Shown here: positions 48,053-56,446 of the stretch, one piece after another
Layout of the letters: each line of letters starts with the position of its first letter
Numbering within the stretch: the first letter of the stretch is position 1
IMG/VR virus record: IMGVR_UViG_3300018428_002561
Direction: 5' to 3' (one strand)
Origin: an uncultured virus (IMG/VR IMGVR_UViG_3300018428_002561)
Taxonomy: Duplodnaviria; Heunggongvirae; Uroviricota; Caudoviricetes
Length of the DNA: 64,000 nucleotides
The notes under the pieces: model-generated
Databases searched by the model: none
The model's input: the letters and a program-made list of their open reading frames with translations, nothing else
What the model was told of the DNA's origin: nothing
Made by a program: the position numbers and the translations under genes

Positions 48053-48531
48053 GAAAAAGACCAAGTCCAAATTGTTGTTAGATCTGTATCTGTTATAGTA
48101 GGCACACGGGGTTCTGCTAAAGGATTTTCTGTACAAGCTCTTCTAATCCAGTTGTCATCTCTCCATTTTTTGAGAGTTGTAATTGTCTTACCTGTATACC
48201 CTAGTTCAATGAATTTATTATTGCAAATTTCAAAGTATTCTTTTTGGTATAAGTAATCTCTATTTCCATTATGTGTTATACTGTAAATTCCATGGATATA
48301 AAAATGCATAGTTTCCGCATCTAAAATTCCAAAAATTACAGAAACAGGAATATTATCTATAGTTACAATAAAAATTTCTGAATATGTATTAGAAACATAC
48401 GATAAGTAACTTTCAAAATTATTAGACAGTCCGTCTGTGCTGTTAACAAAAACACCTCCAAGTTCTTGAACTAGTCTATCAACAAACTCTTGATCTAATT
48501 TATCAACTTTATGTACAAAATATGTTGCCAT
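48049..48531 (-). CDS. hypothetical protein coupled to the fibre gene
   Basis: 160-aa ORF; ATG overlaps the fibre stop (TAATG). Confidence 0.6.
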   Translation of the reverse strand: MATYFVHKVDKLDQEFVDRLVQELGGVFVNSTDGLSNNFESYLSYVSNTYSEIFIVTIDNIPVSVIFGILDAETMHFYIHGIYSITHNGNRDYLYQKEYFEICNNKFIELGYTGKTITTLKKWRDDNWIRRACTENPLAEPRVPTITDTDLTTIWTWSFS

Positions 48532-51500
48532 TATTCAAGTGTCCTTACTAGTAAATTCCAAGTAGTATTCCATATCAGGGCTGGTCCTGCTGGTCCTGCG
48601 CCATCGCCGGCTTGTATTAATGGTGACGTACCGTCTAGTAATGTATCAAAAATAAATTGTGTTTGATTGGCTCCTGCGCTGTAAGATCTTGATGTTCTCA
48701 CTGTTCTTACAAAATTAAGTTGATTACCACTACTACTCGCTGTTAACGTAACACTGTGTATTCTTTCAGCAGGAACATTACCTGTTAATGCTACTACAAT
48801 TTGGTATCTATACCCTATCATATTAGTAACATTTGTAACAATAGATCTAACAATGGATGTGTTTGCTAAACTATGACTACCTGTGCTTATAGTAAAGTTT
48901 TGACTAATACCTGTTATAGAAACACTTTGAAAATTTGTACTTATAAAGTTTTGCTGAGATGTCCCATTTGCTGTATATGTTTGAAATTGTCTTGCTGGTC
49001 CTGTAGAACTGTACCTTTTAACAGCAACAAGACCAGGGTGGCCAGCGCCTCCATATGCAGCAACTTGCTGCATAGCTCGTCCGCCGCCCCCGCAGCCTGG
49101 GCCAAATCCATTTGGATATACATCAGCATATTGGTGTACACTACTTGTGCCGCCTTGATAGACGAACCAATTAATCATGTCATCCCCTGTTGGAGGATTC
49201 GCTCTACCACCGTTTTCAAAAGTATTTGCTGAACTATGGAATGTACCTGCAAGAGGTCTATTTGTGCCATTAGGAATATTTGGTAATACACCGTTTCCGA
49301 AATTTGTAGCTGCTCCTGTACTTGCTGTATGGCCGTTAAATACCGCTGAGGTAAATAACCCTTGAACTCCATTGTTATTTACATCTCCACCAATAGCAAA
49401 ACCAGCAGCTCCTCCTGATCCAGCTTCTCCAGGTGCTAGTGCTATTCCGCCTCCGCCGCCAGATGTATAAAAAATTTCACTTGCTGTTTCTATAGCATAA
49501 TAAAATGCAACTTCGGGTTCAGTCGGTGTTCCAGTCTGTACGTTTGCTTTCAGACTACCTCTGTTATATACAACTCCGTTTATAGTTTTTGAGCTGCTAA
49601 AGTCATTTAGTCCAGTTGCTATTACTTTGCCTTGATGCACCCAAACAGATGGGACGTTAGTTCCTTGAAATACAAATGATTGATTACCACTTTGAAAGCT
49701 GTAAAATTCTTTGTTAGTAGAACTAAATGATGATGTTCCTCCTAGGCCGCCGCCGACGAAGGATGATGCACCTGAAACTCTTTGAGCACCATCTCCGCCA
49801 CATCCAACTATAATACTAGTTGAATTAGGAATGTTGGCTCCTGTATAAGTTTTAAAACTAGTTGCTCCTGAACCTCCTCCTGGACCTGTTCCTTCTCTAG
49901 CAGAATCAACACTACTGGCGCCGCCTCCGCCGCCGCCTCCGATAAGCCAAACATCAATCCTATTATCATTAGGACCTTTAGTCCAAGTATAACCCGTGTC
50001 AGTACCTCCATAAAATCTGTTTTGTGAAAGTGTTTGGACTATTGGCGCACTAGACGAGTTTGCTGATACTATTGTAGTCTTAGAATGCGAGTCACCCCAG
50101 GTTTCAAAGTTGTCAATACCGTTAGTTCCTTGATCTAAGTCACTTACAGTATAGTATTCTAAAGAATAAAAGTTTTCTGTTACTGGTGGTACTGATGTAT
50201 CATTTACTGTTGTAACTTTTGAATCTACAACAGTGCCACCTACACCGCCTATTCTAGCAGAGATTGTTACATCTTCTGTATCACCAAGAACAGCATCACT
50301 TAATGCTGTTAAATTAAATGATCCAGCGCCTCCTGTAACTGAGAAACTTCCACTATCTGAATCCATAACACCTGTTGGTGTTACACTATAGTAGTAAGTG
50401 CCATCTGAATCATCTGTAGTAAAATTATATGTGCCTTGGACTCCTTCATCTAAACTTGATGGGCCTGCAATTTGATATGTATTAGCAGGCGGTGGTGCCG
50501 CTACTGACTGACTCGTATCTATTATTTGTATAGCTGTCTGAATATTAAAAGATGGCACATAGCATATTAAAGTTTCGTCGCCGCCGGTATCAGTAGTCTG
50601 ATCTTGAGCTATTGTTATAGTTACAGACCCTTGGCCTCCTTGCATCTCAAAATCACCACCCATTCCTTGACTGTTATCAAAGTCTGAAACATCTATTCCT
50701 GTACCGCTTAATGTATATGGAATCAGTGTTCCATTAGTACTCGGGCTGACGCTTAGTGTAAATGTAACATCATCACCTTCATTAATTGTACCAGTAGCTG
50801 GAGTTCTAGTTAATGATGCAACAGCACCTCCTTGTACACCGCCGTCTAGCTCTGTAATTTCTGTAAACGAAGGTGCTGGTATGCCTAATACTGTATCATG
50901 GTATACTAAACAATTACTTTCGATATTGTTAGTTACATATTCGTCTGTGCTAGGAAATGGTGATCCTGTACTAAAATCGTTGTCTTGAAATTCTATTCTA
51001 AAACGCAAAACGCTAGGAGTACTAGAATTGCCTGCGCCTGCCTCCCATGCTTGAATAGTATATTTTATATCAGCATATAAGCCAGATCCGTTTTTTGTAA
51101 AAATAGTTGCTCTATTACTTGCACTAGTTGATCCCCAACTTGCATAGTAGTTACCAATTGCTGTGCCAGTACCTGGATTTGACCCATCTGAATATGTTGA
51201 ATTTTTTGTGAAATGTATGGTACCCATATTTTCTAAAATAGTATTCCATACATCGTTTTTACTATTAGCTGTTACAGCGCCTATTAAGTCTGCATTAAAT
51301 CTTATTTCTCCGCCACTGTTGAAAAAGTAGCGTCTCTCATCTGCATTAGCCCAAGTAATCTCTATTTCGTGTGTTATTTTTGAGCCAGGATTAGAATAGT
51401 CACCTCCGCCCCATTGTGATGTTCTTTCACTTGTTGCTTTTGTTGTCGTACTAAAATTAGTTGCATCATGAACATCTTTGTCAGTAACAATTTCAGTAGC

Positions 51501-52031
51501 TGCAGCTTCGAAGTCTAAGTAACCTTCTGCTAGATCTTCTTCAGCGTTTGCACTTGTAGGTGCTAGTTTTGCTTGTCCTGATCCTGTTCCAGCCCCAGTT
51601 GCAACAAATTTTATACCAACTTCATTTGCTGATGCACCTATTAGTGTAAAGTCTGATGGATTATTAGGATCTGGATCTATGGAAAGTATTTGGTATTCTA
51701 TGCCGTTTGTTAGTGCTGTAATATCAATAGGAGTTTCGTTGCCTACATCTGCTGCACTAACACCTACATTTTCATCTGAAGATGGTGCCGCTAATCCGTC
51801 AGCGTTTGTCCATGTAAGGGGATTAGCTTGGTGTAACCTTGCTTTTATTAAATCATCGTATAAGGCTTGCATGTCAGATGCTTGTATTAAATCACCTGAA
51901 CTTTTTTGAGAACTTTGTAATGTTCTGCCGTAGCCGTTCTGACCGCCATCACCTACTCCAAGAACATCTTGGATTTTTTGTTGAATAGTGTTATAGTTTG
52001 CCGCGGTAACATTTGTTCCAACTACAGCCAT
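48531..52031 (-). CDS. long tail fibre/virion protein with Ig/Calx-like and glycine-rich domains
   Basis: 1166 aa; N-terminus paralogous to 52056-53069; INEGDDVTFTL and LDEGVQGTYNF Ig-like units; IGGGGGGG and GCGGGG glycine-rich segments. Confidence 0.75.
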   Translation of the reverse strand: MAVVGTNVTAANYNTIQQKIQDVLGVGDGGQNGYGRTLQSSQKSSGDLIQASDMQALYDDLIKARLHQANPLTWTNADGLAAPSSDENVGVSAADVGNETPIDITALTNGIEYQILSIDPDPNNPSDFTLIGASANEVGIKFVATGAGTGSGQAKLAPTSANAEEDLAEGYLDFEAAATEIVTDKDVHDATNFSTTTKATSERTSQWGGGDYSNPGSKITHEIEITWANADERRYFFNSGGEIRFNADLIGAVTANSKNDVWNTILENMGTIHFTKNSTYSDGSNPGTGTAIGNYYASWGSTSASNRATIFTKNGSGLYADIKYTIQAWEAGAGNSSTPSVLRFRIEFQDNDFSTGSPFPSTDEYVTNNIESNCLVYHDTVLGIPAPSFTEITELDGGVQGGAVASLTRTPATGTINEGDDVTFTLSVSPSTNGTLIPYTLSGTGIDVSDFDNSQGMGGDFEMQGGQGSVTITIAQDQTTDTGGDETLICYVPSFNIQTAIQIIDTSQSVAAPPPANTYQIAGPSSLDEGVQGTYNFTTDDSDGTYYYSVTPTGVMDSDSGSFSVTGGAGSFNLTALSDAVLGDTEDVTISARIGGVGGTVVDSKVTTVNDTSVPPVTENFYSLEYYTVSDLDQGTNGIDNFETWGDSHSKTTIVSANSSSAPIVQTLSQNRFYGGTDTGYTWTKGPNDNRIDVWLIGGGGGGGASSVDSAREGTGPGGGSGATSFKTYTGANIPNSTSIIVGCGGDGAQRVSGASSFVGGGLGGTSSFSSTNKEFYSFQSGNQSFVFQGTNVPSVWVHQGKVIATGLNDFSSSKTINGVVYNRGSLKANVQTGTPTEPEVAFYYAIETASEIFYTSGGGGGIALAPGEAGSGGAAGFAIGGDVNNNGVQGLFTSAVFNGHTASTGAATNFGNGVLPNIPNGTNRPLAGTFHSSANTFENGGRANPPTGDDMINWFVYQGGTSSVHQYADVYPNGFGPGCGGGGRAMQQVAAYGGAGHPGLVAVKRYSSTGPARQFQTYTANGTSQQNFISTNFQSVSITGISQNFTISTGSHSLANTSIVRSIVTNVTNMIGYRYQIVVALTGNVPAERIHSVTLTASSSGNQLNFVRTVRTSRSYSAGANQTQFIFDTLLDGTSPLIQAGDGAGPAGPALIWNTTWNLLVRTLE

Positions 52032-52052
52032 TTATTTTTCCTCTATATTATG

Positions 52053-52058
52053 TATTTA
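52053..52058 (-). promoter_or_regulatory. putative late-promoter box TAAATA
   Basis: 22-27 nt upstream of the ATG at 52031. Confidence 0.45.
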
Positions 52059-53069
52059 CAGATTAGAATTAACTGTTGGACTTGGAACTGATATACCTAA
52101 TGCTCCTGTTGCTGTTAAGAATGATACGGAACTTTCAGTTATGCCTGTTACATCTTCATCCTCAGGTCCTGACGAATTTGGATCTGAAACCTCGTCGCCG
52201 ATATCGTTATCTACAAATACAATATTAAATCTTAAACTATTAGATGCTGTTTCCCATGCATCTATATAGTATTCGTTTTCTGCGTAAAGGCCAATTCCGC
52301 CTTTTGTAAAAAGTCTTACAGGGCTTGAAGAACTAGAACTTGACCAATCATGATAATTACCAATTGCTGTGCCTGTTCCTGGGTTTGATCCATCTGCTGA
52401 CGTACTATTCTTTCCAAATGTAATTGTACCCATTGAATTAAGCATTGTTTGCCAAATTTCATCTTTGGTGCCAGGTGGTGCTGTAATTACCGTACCTGGA
52501 ACACTAGTTCCGCCTGTAAGATTTGCATCAAATTTTATTAGTCCGCCTGTATTAAAAAAGTAACGTCTTTCATCTGCATTTTCCCACGTTACTGTTATTG
52601 TATGATTAATACTTCCATTCCAACTTGACTGTCTTGTATTAGTATCTGCAATTGAAGTTGAAAATTGTGTGCTATCAAACACATCTCTATCGTCTAGAAT
52701 GTTTTGTGCAGCAGCTTCAAAATCTGCAAATCCTTCTGCTTGATCTTCTGTTGCATCAGCTGATGTTCCTCCCGGACCTATATCAGCTGCATATACACCA
52801 ACTATTTCTCCTATTGACGGAGCTGCGAGACCATCTGGATTTGTCCAAGTAGGCGGATTTCCTGTTTGGTGTGTTCTTGCTTTTACTAGATCATTAAAAA
52901 GTAATTGCATGTCATTAGCATATATGATATCATTATCTGCTTTTGACTTGCTTTCTAATGTTCTACCATAACCATTTTGTGCGCCATCACCAGGTCCAAG
53001 AACATTACTTATTGTACTTCGTATTGAGTTATATACTGATGAGTTAACTAAATCTGTGACCGCTGGCAT
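52056..53069 (-). CDS. virion structural protein (paralog of the fibre N-domain)
   Basis: GDGAQNGYGRTLES, WENADERRYFFNTGG and DGSNPGTGTAIGNY shared with 48531-52031. Confidence 0.7.
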   Translation of the reverse strand: MPAVTDLVNSSVYNSIRSTISNVLGPGDGAQNGYGRTLESKSKADNDIIYANDMQLLFNDLVKARTHQTGNPPTWTNPDGLAAPSIGEIVGVYAADIGPGGTSADATEDQAEGFADFEAAAQNILDDRDVFDSTQFSTSIADTNTRQSSWNGSINHTITVTWENADERRYFFNTGGLIKFDANLTGGTSVPGTVITAPPGTKDEIWQTMLNSMGTITFGKNSTSADGSNPGTGTAIGNYHDWSSSSSSSPVRLFTKGGIGLYAENEYYIDAWETASNSLRFNIVFVDNDIGDEVSDPNSSGPEDEDVTGITESSVSFLTATGALGISVPSPTVNSNL

Positions 53070-53079
53070 TCATATTCTC

Positions 53080-54579
53080 CTAAAGTTTTAATATACACTC
53101 TACTAGTTTTTCGTCTTCACTTAAATTTGTTTCTAGAGCTATACCAACTAAAGGATTGCCATTAAAGTGTGTACTTGCGCAACCTTCTGCATCTACATAA
53201 ACTTTGTCACCCTTTGCTACAGCGCCTATGCATCTTACAGGAACACGACCTTCAAGTGCTATTGCTTGACCTTTTGCTTCTGCATTCATTAGATATGCAG
53301 GCTTTTCAGATATAACACCTACTGGAAAACTGTCTAGCACACATGGTGCAATTTCATATTCACCTGCTGTACATACATACATAACTGTTCCTACAGGATG
53401 ATCTTTTTCTACAGTGTATTTTTCTGCTAAGTCAGCAAACTGTGCTTGAGTAGCTGTACCTTGGAAAATATCTGCAACAATTTTTGTATTATCACCGTCT
53501 TGCTCTCTAACAGCAATAGTACCACCAGTATTAGCTGCTGTTGCATAAGAGTAAGAAGATCCTGAATTTCCTATTCTAATTTGATTTGCTTGATCTGCTG
53601 TACCTTTAAAACTTGTAGCATGGATTTCATTGAATTCCTCACCAGTGCCGCCTATGTTGAAACTACCATCACTGGCACCGGGGACAATTCCTGCAGCGGT
53701 AATTGATATCGAATGTGTTAACTCTCCTGTACTAGCCGCTTTAAGTTCAAAATCTATTTGGTTGGCATCCGCACTTGTATTCTTAATCAAACCGGTGACA
53801 TTATCTTCGCGCATAGTAAAGTAAAAATTACTATGTGTTACTAATCCTGCTGATAAATTTAGCTGTGTTGAAAATGTTGGTGTTCCAGCTTGAACAAAAT
53901 TTTCAGCTGATAATCCATTTAACGATTCTGCGTTTGTTGCTGTACCATGGAACCTAAATCCGGTTGATGTAACACCAGAAGCCGGTGTATCACGTAAAGT
54001 AATACCTTGTTGAATATCACTAAATCCTTGTATTTCGTTATCAGCACCCGAACCTAATGTAAATGCTACTGGCGATATAACAAATACAACATTGTCGTTA
54101 ACTGTTGCTGTAATAATACTTCTGGAGACACCATTTGGTGACGTGTTATCAAGTACTGTTCTACTAACCATTTGTGTTTGGCCTTCACCAGCATCTTGTG
54201 GTCCAATTAGGACAAAGTTTGAACCATTAAACACATAAAGTTGTTCGTTAGCACTATCCCACCAAAAATCACCGTTTGCTAATCCTGCTGGCTGAGCACC
54301 ACTTACTTCAGCACCTCCAACTGTTCTCCAGTTTTGGTTGCCATCTCTAAATTTCATTCTATCTGATGCAGAATCAAACCATAATTGACCGCTTAACGGT
54401 TTAGGTGGTTGATTTGCACCTGCAAAATTTTCTAGCAAGAATAAGAAGTTTTCATTATGAATTTCTCCATATCCTGCATAATTCTTTCCTACAAATTTGA
54501 TGTCTGTAGTTTCGTCAAGAGTACCATCTTCCACTGTTGTGAGCGGACTCTTATTAAATCTGTCTATTTGATACGCCAT
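53080..54579 (-). CDS. tail fibre/baseplate-associated protein with C-terminal chaperone/peptidase-like domain
   Basis: Shared N-module GKNYAGYGE...ENF...GQLWFD; C-terminal ADLAEKY...GVISEKPAYLMN...ALEGRVPV. Confidence 0.7.
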   Translation of the reverse strand: MAYQIDRFNKSPLTTVEDGTLDETTDIKFVGKNYAGYGEIHNENFLFLLENFAGANQPPKPLSGQLWFDSASDRMKFRDGNQNWRTVGGAEVSGAQPAGLANGDFWWDSANEQLYVFNGSNFVLIGPQDAGEGQTQMVSRTVLDNTSPNGVSRSIITATVNDNVVFVISPVAFTLGSGADNEIQGFSDIQQGITLRDTPASGVTSTGFRFHGTATNAESLNGLSAENFVQAGTPTFSTQLNLSAGLVTHSNFYFTMREDNVTGLIKNTSADANQIDFELKAASTGELTHSISITAAGIVPGASDGSFNIGGTGEEFNEIHATSFKGTADQANQIRIGNSGSSYSYATAANTGGTIAVREQDGDNTKIVADIFQGTATQAQFADLAEKYTVEKDHPVGTVMYVCTAGEYEIAPCVLDSFPVGVISEKPAYLMNAEAKGQAIALEGRVPVRCIGAVAKGDKVYVDAEGCASTHFNGNPLVGIALETNLSEDEKLVECILKL

Positions 54580-54615
54580 TTTGTTTGTCCTATATATTTA
54601 CGTGTCTACACGTTG

Positions 54616-54623
54616 TATTTATA
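54616..54623 (-). promoter_or_regulatory. T4-type late promoter TATAAATA
   Basis: Exact TATAAATA on the - strand in the intergenic gap; second TAAATA at 54600-54595. Confidence 0.6.
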
Positions 54624-56438
54624 CTAATTTGCTACCCATGCTCCATTAGTAATAATAAAGTTTCTTTGCCCTCTTGTAACACTCAAAGTAAATGTTGGCG
54701 TTAAAGAGTTAGGTAAATTTACACCTTGTATAACACTAACAACACCGCCTGCTGCTGCGTTTACATCTACTTCGGTAAATGTAGTTGGAGTAGCAATGTC
54801 AATTGCGTCAGTTGATTGTCCTGATGCGTAAAAGAATGTTGCTATACGTGCTTCTTTTCCATTAGCAAAACTAGATGCTGGATAAAGACTGTTCAGTATT
54901 GTAATTAGTTCATCGTTTACACTAATCATTCCTGTAATATCCATAGAAAACACAATTGGTTCTGTTTGGATAGTTTGATCTGTGTAGTTTTTATTAGATG
55001 CATCAGCTGGATTTGTAGGACTATCAAGACCTGTAATTTTGCTGTTGTTAACTTCAATATCTCCAGCAACATTAAATTCAAATCCAGTTGCTCCGCCTGT
55101 CCTTGTAAGTGTTCCTGTTCCATTTAAATTTGTATTGCCAACTGAAAGTTGTGTTAGAATACCGACATTTTGTAAACTACTGTTTACAACTCCTGACCCT
55201 AGTGTAGTTGAAGAAAGTACATCTACTTCGTTTATTTTATAAGTCTTAGTAGATGCTAAATCAAAGTTTTCGCTACTAGTCCAACTTGCTGTAGATAATT
55301 GCCAATTAATTGTTTTATCTACTTGGGCTTTTAAAGTAATACCGCCGCCTGTTGCTGTTGCATCAGTTGGACTGTCTACAACACCTAATTCAATATTTTT
55401 ATCAGCAATTTGTAGTGTTTCTGCTTCAGTAACAAAACTGTCACCTTCTACAGTAAGATTGCCTGTTATTCTAGCATCACCTGTTACATCTAAATTGTAT
55501 GCAGGATTAGAATTAAAAATACCTACACGTTTTGAGTTAGGCTTAATTTTAATTGCACTAGTTGCATCAAGTACATCTTGTGCGCCACGTACAACAATAT
55601 TAAAGTCAGCACCCGACTTATAATTTCTAATTGTAAAACCATTGTCTATAAACATTTGGGTATCGTCGTCAACACCAACTGTAACACCGCCTGACGATCT
55701 TATGTTTAATTTACCGTATAAAACTGAATCTTCATCATTTTTCATTAATCTTGATTCAGGAACAATATCTCCTAATGCACTAATTAAGTTTTCTGATTTT
55801 TCTGCTATACCATGATACTTAAATTCGTTAATGTCTATTAAGTTAATACCCTTCTTAATAATACCTTGTGGGTTCTCTGTTGTAACTAATCCAGCAACAA
55901 GATTATTAGGTAACGGATTAGGTGTAAATGTTTCTCCTGATATTACAGAATATAATATTTCATTGACAAAAAGTTTTAGTACAGTTTTAGGATTTAAATC
56001 TGTATCAAAAATTGTATCGGTAACAAATCCACTTTTTCCTTGTAGCCTACTATATGCAGGACCAATCAGTGTCCATTCTGAACCGTCATACAAGTAAAAT
56101 TGTTTTTCCGCTGTACTAAACCAAGTATCTCCTGGCACTGGTCCGCTTGGAAATGTTTCACTAATAAAACTACCAGCTGCTGACTGAAAATCAGTACCAT
56201 CAAAAACTTTTAATTTGTTTTCGCTAGTGTCATACCAAAGCTGGCCGCGTAACGGTGCTACAGGCTGATTTGGATTAGCAAAATTTTCTAAAATTTTAAT
56301 AAAGTTTTCATTTAAAAATTCGCCATATCCTGTATAGTTCCTGCCTACTAATGCAAGATCAGTTGTATCTGTATCTAGTATCCCGTCAACTAGTTCTGTA
56401 AGCAATGTTCCGTCTGTTTTATTTAAATTATAACTCAT
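54624..56438 (-). CDS. tail fibre/baseplate-associated structural protein
   Basis: Shared N-module GRNYTGYGE...ENF...GQLWYD; VGIFNSNPAYNLDVTG; DASNKNYTD fibre motif. Confidence 0.7.
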   Translation of the reverse strand: MSYNLNKTDGTLLTELVDGILDTDTTDLALVGRNYTGYGEFLNENFIKILENFANPNQPVAPLRGQLWYDTSENKLKVFDGTDFQSAAGSFISETFPSGPVPGDTWFSTAEKQFYLYDGSEWTLIGPAYSRLQGKSGFVTDTIFDTDLNPKTVLKLFVNEILYSVISGETFTPNPLPNNLVAGLVTTENPQGIIKKGINLIDINEFKYHGIAEKSENLISALGDIVPESRLMKNDEDSVLYGKLNIRSSGGVTVGVDDDTQMFIDNGFTIRNYKSGADFNIVVRGAQDVLDATSAIKIKPNSKRVGIFNSNPAYNLDVTGDARITGNLTVEGDSFVTEAETLQIADKNIELGVVDSPTDATATGGGITLKAQVDKTINWQLSTASWTSSENFDLASTKTYKINEVDVLSSTTLGSGVVNSSLQNVGILTQLSVGNTNLNGTGTLTRTGGATGFEFNVAGDIEVNNSKITGLDSPTNPADASNKNYTDQTIQTEPIVFSMDITGMISVNDELITILNSLYPASSFANGKEARIATFFYASGQSTDAIDIATPTTFTEVDVNAAAGGVVSVIQGVNLPNSLTPTFTLSVTRGQRNFIITNGAWVAN

Positions 56439-56446
56439 GTTGTTTC

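Noticed and set aside
16814..48531. RiPP (ranthipeptide/sactipeptide) cluster, suggested by the SPASM radical SAM enzymes
   Set aside because: No short precursor ORF with its own SD, no RRE/PqqD domain, peptidase or exporter recognised; genes abut with almost no free space
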